Assembly: GCA_965248195.1 (NCBI GenBank)
Contig: CBDFIQ010000002.1
Span: forward strand, 1,216,001-1,280,000
Direction: 5' to 3'
Source of the DNA: Longimicrobiales bacterium
Lineage (GTDB): Bacteria > Gemmatimonadota > Gemmatimonadetes > Longimicrobiales > Gaopeijiaceae
Length of the DNA: 64,000 bases
Below the pieces are notes generated by a model, which worked only from the letters and a program-made list of their open reading frames with translations, had not been told where the DNA came from and did no database searches. Position 1 is the first letter of the stretch; each line of letters opens with the position of its first letter. Below, piece by piece: positions 49,732 to 60,093 of this stretch. The position numbers and the translations under genes are program-made.

Positions 49732-52700
49732 TCAACCGAAATTCTTAACCCCCGGCGGAGACTGCCTGAGCGCCGTCAGGTAACGAAAGGGAGCGCGCGG
49801 GCTCCTCTCCGGCTCGGCCCAATGTTCCAGAGTCCCAGGCAGGGCAGGGTGGAGGGCCTCCGGTTGTTCCGCTTCCCGGACCCGAACCGCCTTCACGGTA
49901 TGGGCGATCACATTCGTCGTCAGTCCATCCTTTTGAAGGCGTCCCCGAACGACGAGGAATGGCTCCATCCGCACCGTCGTCCGGCATTTTTCGTAGATCT
50001 TGGGTTTCACGATCACGTTTATAGGACCGGATTCATCTTCCATCAACACAAATACAAAGCCGTTTGCGGTGGAAGGACGTTGGCGGGCCACGACAATGCC
50101 GGCCACCGTCACGGTGGAGTGATTGGGAAGATTCAAAAAACGATCTCCGGTCACGGTTTCGGCGGGCAGCTCATCCCGAAGTAGGGAGAGGGGATGGAGG
50201 TCCGTGGAGAAGCGGAGCATGTGATACTCCGCCACCATCCGCTCCGAGTCGTCGAGGTCGGAAAATCTGATCCGTGCGTACGGATCCTCCAAGCCGAGCT
50301 CGGTCTGGGGGTGGTCGTCCCGGCCGCCGCTCCGCTCAGAGTCTTCTTCGGGGCCCAACCAGAGCCCGGCCTGCCACAGCAGCTCTCTCCTCGTCAGGCC
50401 GAAGCACTCGAATCCACCCACCCAGATCAGGTTTTCGATTGCGGGCCTCTTCAGGGACGCAGGCGTTCTCCGGAGGAAGTCCGAGAGGGAGACGAAGCGC
50501 CCATGCCTCTCTCGCTCCTCCACCACGCGCTCGGCGATTTCGGCTCCCCAGCCCCGCACGAACCCCAGGCCGATCCGGAGGTCGGACTCCTCGGGCGTAC
50601 ACTTCACCCGGCTCCGGTTGACGTCGGGCAGGCGGGTTCCGATACCGTGACGACGGGCGTCCCGGCCCAGGGCGTCCAGGGAGTAGAAGCCCATCGGTTG
50701 GTTGTTGAAGAGCGCCACGTAGTATTCCGTGCCGTGGTAGTAGCGAAGCCAGGCGGATTGGTAGGCCAGCAGGCCGAAGGCGACGGCGTGGGACTTCGGA
50801 AACCCGAACTCGCTGAAGGCGGTCACTTGCTGAAAGACCTTTTGAGCCGTGGTTTCGTCGACGCCCCGTGCACGTGAGCCGTCGCGGAAAGCCTCCCAGT
50901 GGTCGTCCATGGCCTCCTTGGAGCGTTTCCGGCTCATGGAGCGCCGGAGGCTCTCTGCTTGACCGTCCGAGAATCCTGCGAGGGCCTGGCATACCTGGAG
51001 CACCTGATCCTGGAAGATGATGACGCCCAGTGTCTCTCCCAGAGCCTCCTCCAGGAGGGGATGGTCGTAGGGGACCCGGAAGTTCGGATTCTCGCGGAGG
51101 AGCTCGCGCCGGCGCACGTACGGGTTGACCGCGCCCCCCACGATGGGGCCGGGCCGGACGATGGCCACCTGGATCGCCAAGTCCTCGAGATTCCGGGGTT
51201 GCACGCGCCGAAGCATCTGTATCTGGGCGCGGCTCTCCACTTGGAACATGCCGATGGTGTCGCCCGTGCAGATGTGCTCGTAAAGCGTCTCATCGGCAAA
51301 GTCGATGCGGGAGAGGTCGGGCGCCTGGCCGTGTCGCTCCGAGATCAAGTCCACGGCTTCTTCCACGAGGGAGAGCATGCCTAGCGCGAGAAAGTCGATC
51401 TTGATGAACCCCGCGTCGTCGCAGGAGTCCTTGTCCCACTGGCACAGCACCCGGCCCTCCCAGGCCGCGGGCTCCAGGGGCACGATCTCCACCAATGGAC
51501 GGCTCGAGATGATCATGCCGCCCACGTGCTGGGAGATGTGGCGGGGAAGGCCCTTGATGTCATCGGCCAGCTCGCAGAGTGCCTGCCACAGCGGTGAACC
51601 GGCTTTCTCGCGGAACTCGGGCAGGCGTTCGAGCTCCTCCATCAGGCCGCCGCCCGAGCGCCGCTCCGCCAGCTTGGAGAGCTTCTCCAGATCTCCCATC
51701 GGCAGGTCGAGGGCCTTGCCGATTTCACGGAGCGTCGATTTCAAACGGTACGTGGGAAACGTGCACACGAGCCCCGTGTGCTCGGCTCCGTATCGCTCGT
51801 AGACCCGGAGGATCAATTGCTCCCGGATGTCCCGTGGGAAGTCGAGGTCGATATCCGGGACGCTTTGCATGGCCTCGTTCAGGAAGCGGCCCAGAAAGAG
51901 GTTCGTCTTGACGGGATCGACGTGGGAGAGGCCGATCAGGTAGCAGATGATGGACGACACCGAGGAGCCCCGCCCCCGTCCCGGAGGTAGACCGGCGTGG
52001 GCTCTGGGGGCGCCGCCCCGGATCTCGGCGGCCACATCCCGGGCCAGCTCCATGATGTCGCGATAGACCAGGAAAAAACCTGCCAGGCCGTGACGGTCCA
52101 CCAGTCCGAGTTCCTGATGAAGGCGCTCGCGGGCTTCGGCTTCCAGCTTGGAGTCCCGGTAGCGTTCGTCCAGTTTTCTGAGACAGACGGCGGCCAAATT
52201 TTCGATCGCTCCACCCCGGTCGCTCCCCTCGAAGTCCGGAAATGAGTAGCCCAGGTCTTGGGTCAAGTCGAAGGCGGCGCACCGCTCGGCGATCTCCAGG
52301 GTGTGGGCTGTTGCGTCCGGGCGGCTCCGGAAGCGATGGGCCATCTCCTCGGGCGCAGCCAAGTAAAATCGTGCGTTGGCGCGGCGTTGCTCGTGTGATC
52401 CGTTCAGCGTGGTCCGATTCCGGATGGACACCAGGACGTCTTGAAGCCGATGCCGTTGCGGGTGGTGATAGTGCACGTTCCCCGTCGCTACCACGGGGAT
52501 TCCGAGCCGGTCGGCGAGCCGGCCGAGGCTCCGGTTCCTGTAGCCGTCCCCCTTCTGCTCATTGTCCTGAAGTTCGACGAACAGGCCCCGGGGGCCGAAG
52601 GCGGTGTAAAGGCGTCGTGCAAGAAACTCGGCGGTAGCCACGCTGTCTTCCAGCGCCCTCGACAACGGGCCTCGCCGACACCCGGTGAGTATGATGAGAC

Positions 52701-53121
52701 CCTCCGTGCGTGTGAGGAGGGACGAGAGGCGAAGGGTGGGCCGGCCGCGTTCACTCTGGAGATGCGCCTCGCTCAGGAGCCGGCAGAGGTTGGCGTAACC
52801 AGCCGGGGTTTCGGCGAGGAGGGTCATGTGGCAGCCCCGGGCGAGTGGGTCTCCATCCACGCCCAATCCGTCCACGCCCTCGGGGATCCCCGGAATGTCC
52901 AGAGCCACTGTGACCTCGGCACCGGTGATGGGCTGGAGTCCTTCGGCGCGGGCTGCCTGGGCGAATTCCATGGATCCGTACAAGCCGTTGTGATCCGTGA
53001 GCGCCATGGCCGGATAGCCCAGCTCGAGGGCCCGAAAAACCAACTCCTCCGGATGAGAGGCTCCATCCAGGAAGGAGAAGCCGGAGTGACAGTGGAGCTC
53101 GATGTAGGGAGGCGTAGACAC
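49732..53121 (-). CDS. dnaE2: Error-prone DNA polymerase DnaE2 (ImuC)
   Basis: PHP ELHCHSGFSFLDGAS; PDIDLD; PRHISQHVGG; QWDKD; KIDFLALGML; FGFPKSHA; FNNQPMGFYS; RQRPSTANG; C-terminal KNFG. Confidence 0.95.
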   Translation of the reverse strand: MSTPPYIELHCHSGFSFLDGASHPEELVFRALELGYPAMALTDHNGLYGSMEFAQAARAEGLQPITGAEVTVALDIPGIPEGVDGLGVDGDPLARGCHMTLLAETPAGYANLCRLLSEAHLQSERGRPTLRLSSLLTRTEGLIILTGCRRGPLSRALEDSVATAEFLARRLYTAFGPRGLFVELQDNEQKGDGYRNRSLGRLADRLGIPVVATGNVHYHHPQRHRLQDVLVSIRNRTTLNGSHEQRRANARFYLAAPEEMAHRFRSRPDATAHTLEIAERCAAFDLTQDLGYSFPDFEGSDRGGAIENLAAVCLRKLDERYRDSKLEAEARERLHQELGLVDRHGLAGFFLVYRDIMELARDVAAEIRGGAPRAHAGLPPGRGRGSSVSSIICYLIGLSHVDPVKTNLFLGRFLNEAMQSVPDIDLDFPRDIREQLILRVYERYGAEHTGLVCTFPTYRLKSTLREIGKALDLPMGDLEKLSKLAERRSGGGLMEELERLPEFREKAGSPLWQALCELADDIKGLPRHISQHVGGMIISSRPLVEIVPLEPAAWEGRVLCQWDKDSCDDAGFIKIDFLALGMLSLVEEAVDLISERHGQAPDLSRIDFADETLYEHICTGDTIGMFQVESRAQIQMLRRVQPRNLEDLAIQVAIVRPGPIVGGAVNPYVRRRELLRENPNFRVPYDHPLLEEALGETLGVIIFQDQVLQVCQALAGFSDGQAESLRRSMSRKRSKEAMDDHWEAFRDGSRARGVDETTAQKVFQQVTAFSEFGFPKSHAVAFGLLAYQSAWLRYYHGTEYYVALFNNQPMGFYSLDALGRDARRHGIGTRLPDVNRSRVKCTPEESDLRIGLGFVRGWGAEIAERVVEERERHGRFVSLSDFLRRTPASLKRPAIENLIWVGGFECFGLTRRELLWQAGLWLGPEEDSERSGGRDDHPQTELGLEDPYARIRFSDLDDSERMVAEYHMLRFSTDLHPLSLLRDELPAETVTGDRFLNLPNHSTVTVAGIVVARQRPSTANGFVFVLMEDESGPINVIVKPKIYEKCRTTVRMEPFLVVRGRLQKDGLTTNVIAHTVKAVRVREAEQPEALHPALPGTLEHWAEPERSPRAPFRYLTALRQSPPGVKNFG

Positions 53122-53180
53122 GATATTCGGTGTTTGTTCGGGTTAGAACGAATTATAGATCGGAAATCGGTGGGATGCAA
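53121..53180 (-). promoter_or_regulatory. dnaE2 promoter (TTGCAT-17bp-TATAAT) with downstream operator-like motif
   Basis: -35 at 53180-53175, -10 at 53157-53152; motif CGATATTCGGTGTTTGTTCGGGTT at 53121-53144. Confidence 0.75.
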
Positions 53181-53321
53181 CGAGAGGGCGGCGGCTCCTA
53201 CAGGATGCTGCTCCACGAGAGATGGGGCTGGTTGTTCCCCTCGACGTGTGCCGTAGGCTAGGTTTCCGGTCATGAGGACCCGCCGACTCACGGGGACATA
53301 CCAACCGTTAGGTGCATATTC

Positions 53322-53729
53322 ATGGACATCAGCGTTGGAGACCGAGCAACCCGCAGCTTGACGCTCACCGCCGAGCACGTGGAGCAATTCGCGCAACTCA
53401 GCGGCGACCGCAATCCCCTTCATTTCGACGAGGGCTTCGCCGCGGCCACGCCGTTTCGCCGGCTCGTCGTTCAGGGCGGGCTCACGACCGGTCTCCTGCA
53501 CGCGCTGGTGGCCATGGACTTACCTGGACCGGGAACCGTCTTCATGAACCAACAATGGAAGTTCACGGCGCCGGTCTTCATCGATGACACGATCACCGCC
53601 GAGGCCGAGGTCTTGAGCAAGCACGCCACGAAGCCGGTCACGACTTTGGGGATCACCGTCCGCCGCCAAGACGGAGAGACGGTGCTGGAGGGAGAGGCGG
53701 TGTGCTACACGTTCTCCGGATCCCAGTGA
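53322..53729 (+). CDS. MaoC family dehydratase
   Basis: FAQLSGDRNPLHFD, VVQGGL, LPGPG, FTAPVFIDDTI. Confidence 0.92.
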   Translation: MDISVGDRATRSLTLTAEHVEQFAQLSGDRNPLHFDEGFAAATPFRRLVVQGGLTTGLLHALVAMDLPGPGTVFMNQQWKFTAPVFIDDTITAEAEVLSKHATKPVTTLGITVRRQDGETVLEGEAVCYTFSGSQ

Positions 53730-54490
53730 ACACGGGCGGTCGGCGAATCGCGGTCAGCCTGGCGCTTCTTGGAAGCCTTTTTGCACCCCTCCCTTCACAC
53801 GCTCAGAGCCCTCGCGAGATCATCGACCAAGTGGACCGGCTCATGAGAGGCGAGGCGAGCATCGCCCGTTTCACGATGGACATTCGAACGGAGAACTGGG
53901 ACCGCTCCCTGACATTACGCGCCTGGTCTCTCGGCACCGAGCACGCCCTCATTCGGGTCGAGACGCCGCAGAGAGAGGCTGGGACGGCCACCCTCCGGGC
54001 CAATCAGGAGGTCTGGAACTACCTGCCTCGTGTAGACCGAACCATCAAGGTGCCGTCCTCGATGATGATGGGTTCGTGGATGGGCTCGCACTTCACCAAT
54101 GACGATCTCGTGAAGGAAAGCCGCCTGGTCGACGACTACGAGATCGAAATCACGTTCGAAGGTGAGAGAGACGGGGCGGAGGTTTGGGAGTTCGTTCTCG
54201 TGCCGTTGCCCGAGGCTCCGGTCGTCTGGGGAGGGATCCGTTACCAGGTCAGGAAGGAAGATTTCATGCCGACTTGGGCGCGATACTACGACGAGTCGGA
54301 TGAAATCGTGCGGACCATGGTCTTCAGCGAAATTCGTCTCATGGGCTCGCGGTTGGTGCCGACCGTCATGACGATGGAGCCCGCCGACAAGCCGGGGGAG
54401 ACGACGGTGGTGCGCTACCACGAGCTCGACTTCGACGTCGATCTCGACGAGGACTACTTCTCGCTTCGGAATCTGCGTCGCGAGAGATAG
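53726..54490 (+). CDS. Outer-membrane lipoprotein-sorting protein (LolA-like fold)
   Basis: Signal peptide; EAGTATLR, WNYLPRVDRTIK, SWMGSHFTNDD, YFSLRNLR. Confidence 0.82.
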   Translation: MNTGGRRIAVSLALLGSLFAPLPSHAQSPREIIDQVDRLMRGEASIARFTMDIRTENWDRSLTLRAWSLGTEHALIRVETPQREAGTATLRANQEVWNYLPRVDRTIKVPSSMMMGSWMGSHFTNDDLVKESRLVDDYEIEITFEGERDGAEVWEFVLVPLPEAPVVWGGIRYQVRKEDFMPTWARYYDESDEIVRTMVFSEIRLMGSRLVPTVMTMEPADKPGETTVVRYHELDFDVDLDEDYFSLRNLRRER

Positions 54491-54493
54491 GTA

Positions 54494-55762
54494 ATGGACC
54501 ATCGGTGGATCTGGTGGCGGCTGGCGTGGCGTAATCTCTGGCGCAATCGGAGGCGCACGTTCATCACCGCCTCCGCGCTCGCCTTCGGTTACTTGGCTTC
54601 CGTGACCATGGTGGGGATCTGGCGCGGCATGGTCTCCGAGATGATCGAGACCGGCACCAATCTGGTCACGGGCCAGTTACAGATTCACGCGCCCGACTAC
54701 TATCCCGAACGGAGCATGTATAACACGCTGGGTGGCCGAGGGGGCATCGACGTGGATGAGCTCGTCCGCCTCACGCGCGATACTCCCGGCATCGTGGCGG
54801 CCTCCCCTCGGGTCTATGGTGGGGGGCTCATCAGCACCGGTACCGAGACCGTGGCCGGCATGCTCGTGGGCGTGGATCCTGATCACGAGGTGGAGGTAAC
54901 GCGGCTCCTCCAGACGCCGGCGGAGGGTCGTGCCCCGAGAGCGGGTGAAAGAGAGATCCTCATCGGGCGGGGCATGGCCGACCTCCTCGACGTGGAGGTC
55001 GGTGCGGAAGTTGTCTTGGTGGCCTCCGCCAGCGACGGTTCGCTCGGAAACGACCTGTACCGAGTGAGCGGCATATTCGCCACCGGGATGGCGGGCCTCG
55101 ACAGATCGTTCGGCATCCTGCCCATCCGGTCCCTTCAGGAACTCATGGCTATGCCGGAAGACCGGATTCACGAGGTCGCTGCCGCCGTGGAGGACCCGTT
55201 TTCCGCTCCGGCTTTGGGAGACTCCCTGGCGGCGGCGCTCGATGCTCGCGGACTCGACTATCCGGTGTTGCCGCGGCCGTGGACCGTTTTTCGTGCGGAA
55301 CTAGCCGAGTACGCGAGCCTCGCGGGTGCGGTCAACGGAATCATTGTCGGCATCATTTTTGTCATGGCGGTCTTCGGCGTGGCGAACACGATGCTGCTCG
55401 GCACGTTCGAGCGCCGCCGCGAATTTGCTGTCGTACGAGCCCTGGGTACCCGACCTGGAAGCGTCGCGCTCACGGTTGTGTACGAAGGGCTCATTCTGGG
55501 GGTCGTAGCGCTCGCTGCGGGCGTCTTGATCTCGTTGCCGGTCTTGTATTGGCTGCACAACTACCCGCCCGATCTCACTACAATGTTCGGTGACTTCACG
55601 ATGTCCGGAACCGTCGTCCGTCCGGTCCTTCGTGCGGAGTACTCCTTGGATGGTCCGATCTTTAGTGGGGTCGCCCTGCTCATCACGTCGATTCTGTCGG
55701 CCCTCTACCCGGCGTACCGGGCGGTGAAGATTCTGCCGGCCGACGCGCTCGCCGACACGTGA
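54494..55762 (+). CDS. ABC transporter permease (MacB/LolE/FtsX type)
   Basis: LAWRNLWRNRRRT, periplasmic domain, ERRREFAVVRALG, LYPAYRA. Confidence 0.9.
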   Translation: MDHRWIWWRLAWRNLWRNRRRTFITASALAFGYLASVTMVGIWRGMVSEMIETGTNLVTGQLQIHAPDYYPERSMYNTLGGRGGIDVDELVRLTRDTPGIVAASPRVYGGGLISTGTETVAGMLVGVDPDHEVEVTRLLQTPAEGRAPRAGEREILIGRGMADLLDVEVGAEVVLVASASDGSLGNDLYRVSGIFATGMAGLDRSFGILPIRSLQELMAMPEDRIHEVAAAVEDPFSAPALGDSLAAALDARGLDYPVLPRPWTVFRAELAEYASLAGAVNGIIVGIIFVMAVFGVANTMLLGTFERRREFAVVRALGTRPGSVALTVVYEGLILGVVALAAGVLISLPVLYWLHNYPPDLTTMFGDFTMSGTVVRPVLRAEYSLDGPIFSGVALLITSILSALYPAYRAVKILPADALADT

Positions 55763-57018
55763 GGCGAACCCCCACGCTCTTTCGACTCGCCGCCCGTGGG
55801 GTCCTGCGTGAGGCGAGGAGAAGCCTACTCACCGCCTCGGCCATGGCGCTGGGCCTGGCGCTCCTCATGTTCACGCGCTCGTTGGCCGATGGCGGGCACG
55901 AGGACTGGATCAACGCGGGTGTACGGATGGGTGCGGGACACGTGCTTTTCCAAGCCCCGGGTTTCAGGGAGAGTCGAAGTCTGGACGACCGACTTTCGGG
56001 GAGTCAGGCAGGTGCTGCGATAAAAGCTTTGGCCATGCTGGAGGGACCTTTGGCTCCCTTGGCCACAACCGTGCGTCTTTCGACGAACGGGCTCGCCAGT
56101 TCGGCGTCGTCGGCGCTTCCCGTGATGATCGACGGGGTGGACCCCGAAACCGAGGTCGGCTTCTCTCACGCGGCGCAGCGACTCACGGAGGGCCGATACC
56201 TCGAACCGGGCGACCGCCTGAGCGCCTACGTGGGCCAGGGCCTGGCCGAGCGTCTCGGCCTGTCACTCGGGTCGCGATTCGTTCTCACGGCTCAGGCGAC
56301 GGACGGCCAAATTCAAGGACAGCTCGCGCGCGTAGTCGGGGTCTTCCGTACGGGCCTACCCGAGGTGGACGAGGGTTTGGTCCACATTCCCATCTCCACG
56401 GCGCGCTCTTGGCTGGGGGCGGGCGATGGTGCGACCACAGTGGGGGCGATCCTTCCCGCCAGTAGGGTGGTCCCTGACGTGGTGCAGGCCGTCCGATCCG
56501 ATATCGGGACGGACGACATTCAGGTGCTGGGCTGGCGGGAGGCTTATCCGGAGCTCGACGCAGCGTTACGCATCGACGATTACGGCGACTACGTCTTTCT
56601 CGCAATCCTGTTCGCCATCGTGGCGCTGGCCGTGCTCAATACGGTGCTCATGGCCGTGCTTCATCGCAAGCGAGAGTTCGGCGTACTCCAGGCCTTGGGC
56701 CTCACGCCCGCGGAGACCGGTCTCGTTGTCTTCACTGAGGGACTCTTGCTCACGGCGATCGCCGGCGTGGTCGGCATGTTCGCCGGGGCCTCGTTGACCT
56801 GGATCTTCTTCCGTAACGGTTTGGACTTCTCCGCCCTCATGAGCGAGGAGATGACATTCGGAGGAATTGTCATCGATCCTGTAATTGTGCCCGACTTTCG
56901 CCTGGTGCAGGTGCTGCAGAGCTTTTTCTCCATCGCCGTCGTAGGAATTACGGCGTCCATTTATCCCGCCTATCACGCTACCAAGATCGATGTGGGCGAG
57001 GCACTGAAATTCGAATGA
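55759..57018 (+). CDS. ABC transporter permease (MacB/LolE/FtsX type)
   Basis: RRSLLT, RKREFGVLQALG, IYPAYHATKID. Confidence 0.9.
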   Translation: MRRTPTLFRLAARGVLREARRSLLTASAMALGLALLMFTRSLADGGHEDWINAGVRMGAGHVLFQAPGFRESRSLDDRLSGSQAGAAIKALAMLEGPLAPLATTVRLSTNGLASSASSALPVMIDGVDPETEVGFSHAAQRLTEGRYLEPGDRLSAYVGQGLAERLGLSLGSRFVLTAQATDGQIQGQLARVVGVFRTGLPEVDEGLVHIPISTARSWLGAGDGATTVGAILPASRVVPDVVQAVRSDIGTDDIQVLGWREAYPELDAALRIDDYGDYVFLAILFAIVALAVLNTVLMAVLHRKREFGVLQALGLTPAETGLVVFTEGLLLTAIAGVVGMFAGASLTWIFFRNGLDFSALMSEEMTFGGIVIDPVIVPDFRLVQVLQSFFSIAVVGITASIYPAYHATKIDVGEALKFE

Positions 57019-57785
57019 GTACCGAGACCCCGAACGAGGACCGGCTCGACGAACCCGGTGCGGGCCCCGCGGCGAGCTCGGCAACGGTCGCTGACGCCTC
57101 CGACATCGCCGTACGCACGGAAGACGTCTGGAAAATCTACGCCCAGGAGCCTGAAGACGTGGAAGCCGTGCGCGGGGTGTCCCTGGAGGTGCGTGAGGGA
57201 GACTTCATGACCATGGCGGGCCCATCGGGCTCCGGGAAGACCACCTTGCTCAATATGCTGGGAGGGCTGACGCGACCGACACGTGGACGCATTTGGGTGC
57301 GGGATCTGGAGATTACGACCCTCTCCAACAAGGAGTTGGCTCGGCTTCGCCTCGAGAGCATCGGCTTCGTCTTTCAAGCCTTCAACCTCCTACCCGTGCT
57401 CTCGGCGCTCGAGAACGCCGAGTTTTCGCTCCTCCTTCGGGGCGTGCCGGCCGAAGAGCGGCACCGGCGCGTACGTGCGCTCTTCGACGAGATCGGGCTC
57501 CAGGGCCTGGAGGATCGAAAGCCGGGGAAGCTCTCGGGAGGCCAACAGCAGCGTGTGGCTGTTGCGCGAGCCGTCGTGGGCCAGCCTACGCTCGTCCTCG
57601 CCGACGAGCCCACGGCCAACCTCGATTCGCACACGAGCGACGCGCTTCTGGATGTCATGGAGCGCCTCAATCAGGAGCACGGCACGACCTTCCTGTTCTC
57701 TACACACGATCCCCGTGTAATGGAGCGCGCCCGCCGCCGTGTGAGTCTCGTTGACGGGCAGATCAATTCGGACGAGAGGCGATGA
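57015..57785 (+). CDS. ABC transporter ATP-binding protein (LolD-like)
   Basis: [40 protein letters not shown]. Confidence 0.95.
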   Translation: MSTETPNEDRLDEPGAGPAASSATVADASDIAVRTEDVWKIYAQEPEDVEAVRGVSLEVREGDFMTMAGPSGSGKTTLLNMLGGLTRPTRGRIWVRDLEITTLSNKELARLRLESIGFVFQAFNLLPVLSALENAEFSLLLRGVPAEERHRRVRALFDEIGLQGLEDRKPGKLSGGQQQRVAVARAVVGQPTLVLADEPTANLDSHTSDALLDVMERLNQEHGTTFLFSTHDPRVMERARRRVSLVDGQINSDERR

Positions 57786-57836
57786 GGGCGCTCGTCCTCG
57801 ACCGCTCCTCGAACGGGCGCTGGGAGCGGTAACATA

Positions 57837-59015
57837 TTGCGGGCGCTGATCGCGTCGGTGATATGGGTTGCTCTCAGTGCCGCGGATCTCCGGGGGCAGC
57901 TCCCCGAGGTTTCGGCCTATTATTTCAATCTGGGGAGCGGATCGGGCGAGAGCCCGGTCAGCGATGCGGGCGCTTCGAGCTTTCAGCGCCTCCGCATCAT
58001 GTCCTCGCCTGGGGTGGGGCCGCTGACCCTGGACGTGGCCTATGAGCACACGCTTCTCTTGCAGAGCAGCGACGCACTCGGCACGGGTGGGGTAGCTCTG
58101 GTACCCGAGGCCGGCGGGAATTGGTTGGCCCTGGATTGGACGGTGGACGAGGGGGACCACTTCTCCTGGCGGCATCGCCTCGACCGTCTCGGCTTGGCCG
58201 TCCCCCTCGGTGGTGCCACCGAACTGTCCGTCGGCCGGCAGGTCGTTTCATGGGCGAGCACGTTCATCCTTACGCCCGCGGATCCCTTCACCCCGTTCGA
58301 TCCGGCGGATCCGTTCCGGGAATACCGTGCCGGCGTGGATGCCATCCGGCTCCTGGCCTATCCGGGTCCGTTCAGTGAGATCGACATCGTGGTGCGGCCC
58401 ATCTCCGCGATCGACGGCGATCAGCTTACGGCATTAGCCCGTGCGAAGACGAACTGGCGCGGTTGGGATCTCGGGGCCTGGGGCGGGATCGTGTTCGACG
58501 AGCCGGCTGGCGCTCTGAGTGCAGTCGGGGCGCTCGGACCCTGGGCGGTCCGTAGCGAGGTCGCGGTCCGATCCGAGGCGAACGACGTGATCGTGCGGGG
58601 CACCCTCGGGGTCGACCGACGCTTCTCCGTCAGGGGACGGGATCTCTACCTGATCGCGGAGTATCAGCACGACGGATTTGGAGCCGCGAGCTCGGCCGAT
58701 CTGCTCGGCATCGTGACGTTGGATCCGTTCCAGCGGGGAGAGTTGCAGGTGCTCAGTCGGGACGCCCTCGCCGTCCAGGCGTCCTACCAGATCCACCCGC
58801 TCTGGGGCATCGACCTTCTGACGATCGCGAGTTTGGTGGACGGGAGCACCCTTCTGTCCGGCGGTGGCAGTTGGTCGGCCGGACCCAATTCCAGTCTTCG
58901 CGGCGGGTTTTTCCTCGGCATCGGAGACGACACCGTCGATCTCGGTACCGGGTTCGGGTCGGAGTTCGGCGGGCGGCCGAGCGTGGGGTATCTTTCGATC
59001 TCGCACTTCTTCTGA
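57837..59015 (+). CDS. Putative outer-membrane beta-barrel protein
   Basis: Signal peptide, alternating beta-strand pattern, VGRQVVSW, GVDAIR, C-terminal Phe. Confidence 0.7.
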   Translation: MRALIASVIWVALSAADLRGQLPEVSAYYFNLGSGSGESPVSDAGASSFQRLRIMSSPGVGPLTLDVAYEHTLLLQSSDALGTGGVALVPEAGGNWLALDWTVDEGDHFSWRHRLDRLGLAVPLGGATELSVGRQVVSWASTFILTPADPFTPFDPADPFREYRAGVDAIRLLAYPGPFSEIDIVVRPISAIDGDQLTALARAKTNWRGWDLGAWGGIVFDEPAGALSAVGALGPWAVRSEVAVRSEANDVIVRGTLGVDRRFSVRGRDLYLIAEYQHDGFGAASSADLLGIVTLDPFQRGELQVLSRDALAVQASYQIHPLWGIDLLTIASLVDGSTLLSGGGSWSAGPNSSLRGGFFLGIGDDTVDLGTGFGSEFGGRPSVGYLSISHFF

Positions 59016-59059
59016 TCGGTGCGTCGTGCGGGCTCACACGCGTAGGCGAATCAGAACCC

Positions 59060-59764
59060 TCAGGTCGGCGCGTCTCTCTGTTCCACGGCTTGCCTCGCGC
59101 CGGTCTCGGCTTCCTCGATCCCGACGCGGATGACATCTGATCCGAATCCGCGGCGGCTCAAGAATGCGTGGAGGCGTTGGCGGGCCCGCTCGCGTTCCCT
59201 CGACCGGTCTGTGCCGGCCAGGCTCTCGGTCAGGGTTGGGCCTTGGCGAGCAAGCCAACCGCGAGCGGCCGCGCAAGCCAAGGCTCGCTCCGACGTGTCT
59301 TCGCTGCTGAATGCCTGGTCGATGACCTGTTCCGCCACTTCGGCGGACACGCCCTTTTGGCGCAACTCCTGGGCCAAACGGAAACGTCCTCTCGGCCTGA
59401 GTCGGATCCGGCTGCGCACGAAGGCCGACGCGAAGGCATGGTCATCGATGAGCCCCTGTTCCTCGAGAAGGCGGAGGCACCACTCAACGAGCGCGTGCGG
59501 AAAGCCCTTGGAAAGGAGGCGACGCCGAAGCTCCTGCTCGGCTCTCGGTCTGTACGAGAGAAGATGAAGGGCGGCCTGGCGAACACGCCACTTGGCATCG
59601 TCTTCCTGCAGTTGCGCGAGATCCTTCGTGGTCACGTCGTCTCCGACGTGGATGCCTGAACGCTCCATGACGTCCAGGGCGAGCTCGATGGGCTCGGTGC
59701 CCGCCAGATGCACGAGGACTTGGTTCTTCTTGCGCGGCGCGAGTTGGATGCGGAGGACTCTCAC
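59060..59764 (-). CDS. recX: Regulatory protein RecX
   Basis: ALHLLSYRPRAEQELRRRL, GLIDDHAFA, RGRFRLAQELRQKGV, FLSRRGF; GTG start overlaps the upstream TGA. Confidence 0.9.
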   Translation of the reverse strand: MRVLRIQLAPRKKNQVLVHLAGTEPIELALDVMERSGIHVGDDVTTKDLAQLQEDDAKWRVRQAALHLLSYRPRAEQELRRRLLSKGFPHALVEWCLRLLEEQGLIDDHAFASAFVRSRIRLRPRGRFRLAQELRQKGVSAEVAEQVIDQAFSSEDTSERALACAAARGWLARQGPTLTESLAGTDRSRERERARQRLHAFLSRRGFGSDVIRVGIEEAETGARQAVEQRDAPT

Positions 59765-60081
59765 TGCACGTACCACCCTCCGGCCACGAGGTCCCGAAAG
59801 AGGATGACCGGCCGGCCGTCTTCCAGAACCAGGGCGTAGTACTCTCTGGAAATCGGATCGCGCCACCATTCATCGTCGATCCTCCAGCGCTCTCGAACCG
59901 CCAATACCCGGAGTCGCTTTCCTTTTTGATGAAGCTCGGCCGGCAAGCCTTCGTCGTCGATGCGAACTCGGACCGGGGAAGGGGACTTCAAGGGCCGCAG
60001 CCTCTGCGGCTGGAGGCTAGTGCGCCCGTGTCCGGCGCGGTTCGCTAGGGGAGTGCTGGGTTTCATGAGAATCGGGTTCAT
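59761..60081 (-). CDS. Stand-alone ImuB C-terminal-like (DUF6504-like) small protein
   Basis: LRPLKSPSPVRV..G.P...V.AVRERWRIDDEWW..PISREYY.LVLEDG....LFRD...GGWY resembles the ImuB C-terminus. Confidence 0.7.
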   Translation of the reverse strand: MNPILMKPSTPLANRAGHGRTSLQPQRLRPLKSPSPVRVRIDDEGLPAELHQKGKRLRVLAVRERWRIDDEWWRDPISREYYALVLEDGRPVILFRDLVAGGWYVQ

Positions 60082-60093
60082 AGGCCAGAAAGG

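Noticed and set aside
59765..59869. Long N-terminal extension of RecX in the ORF track
   Set aside because: Overlaps the upstream gene; the coupled GTG at 59764 is more plausible
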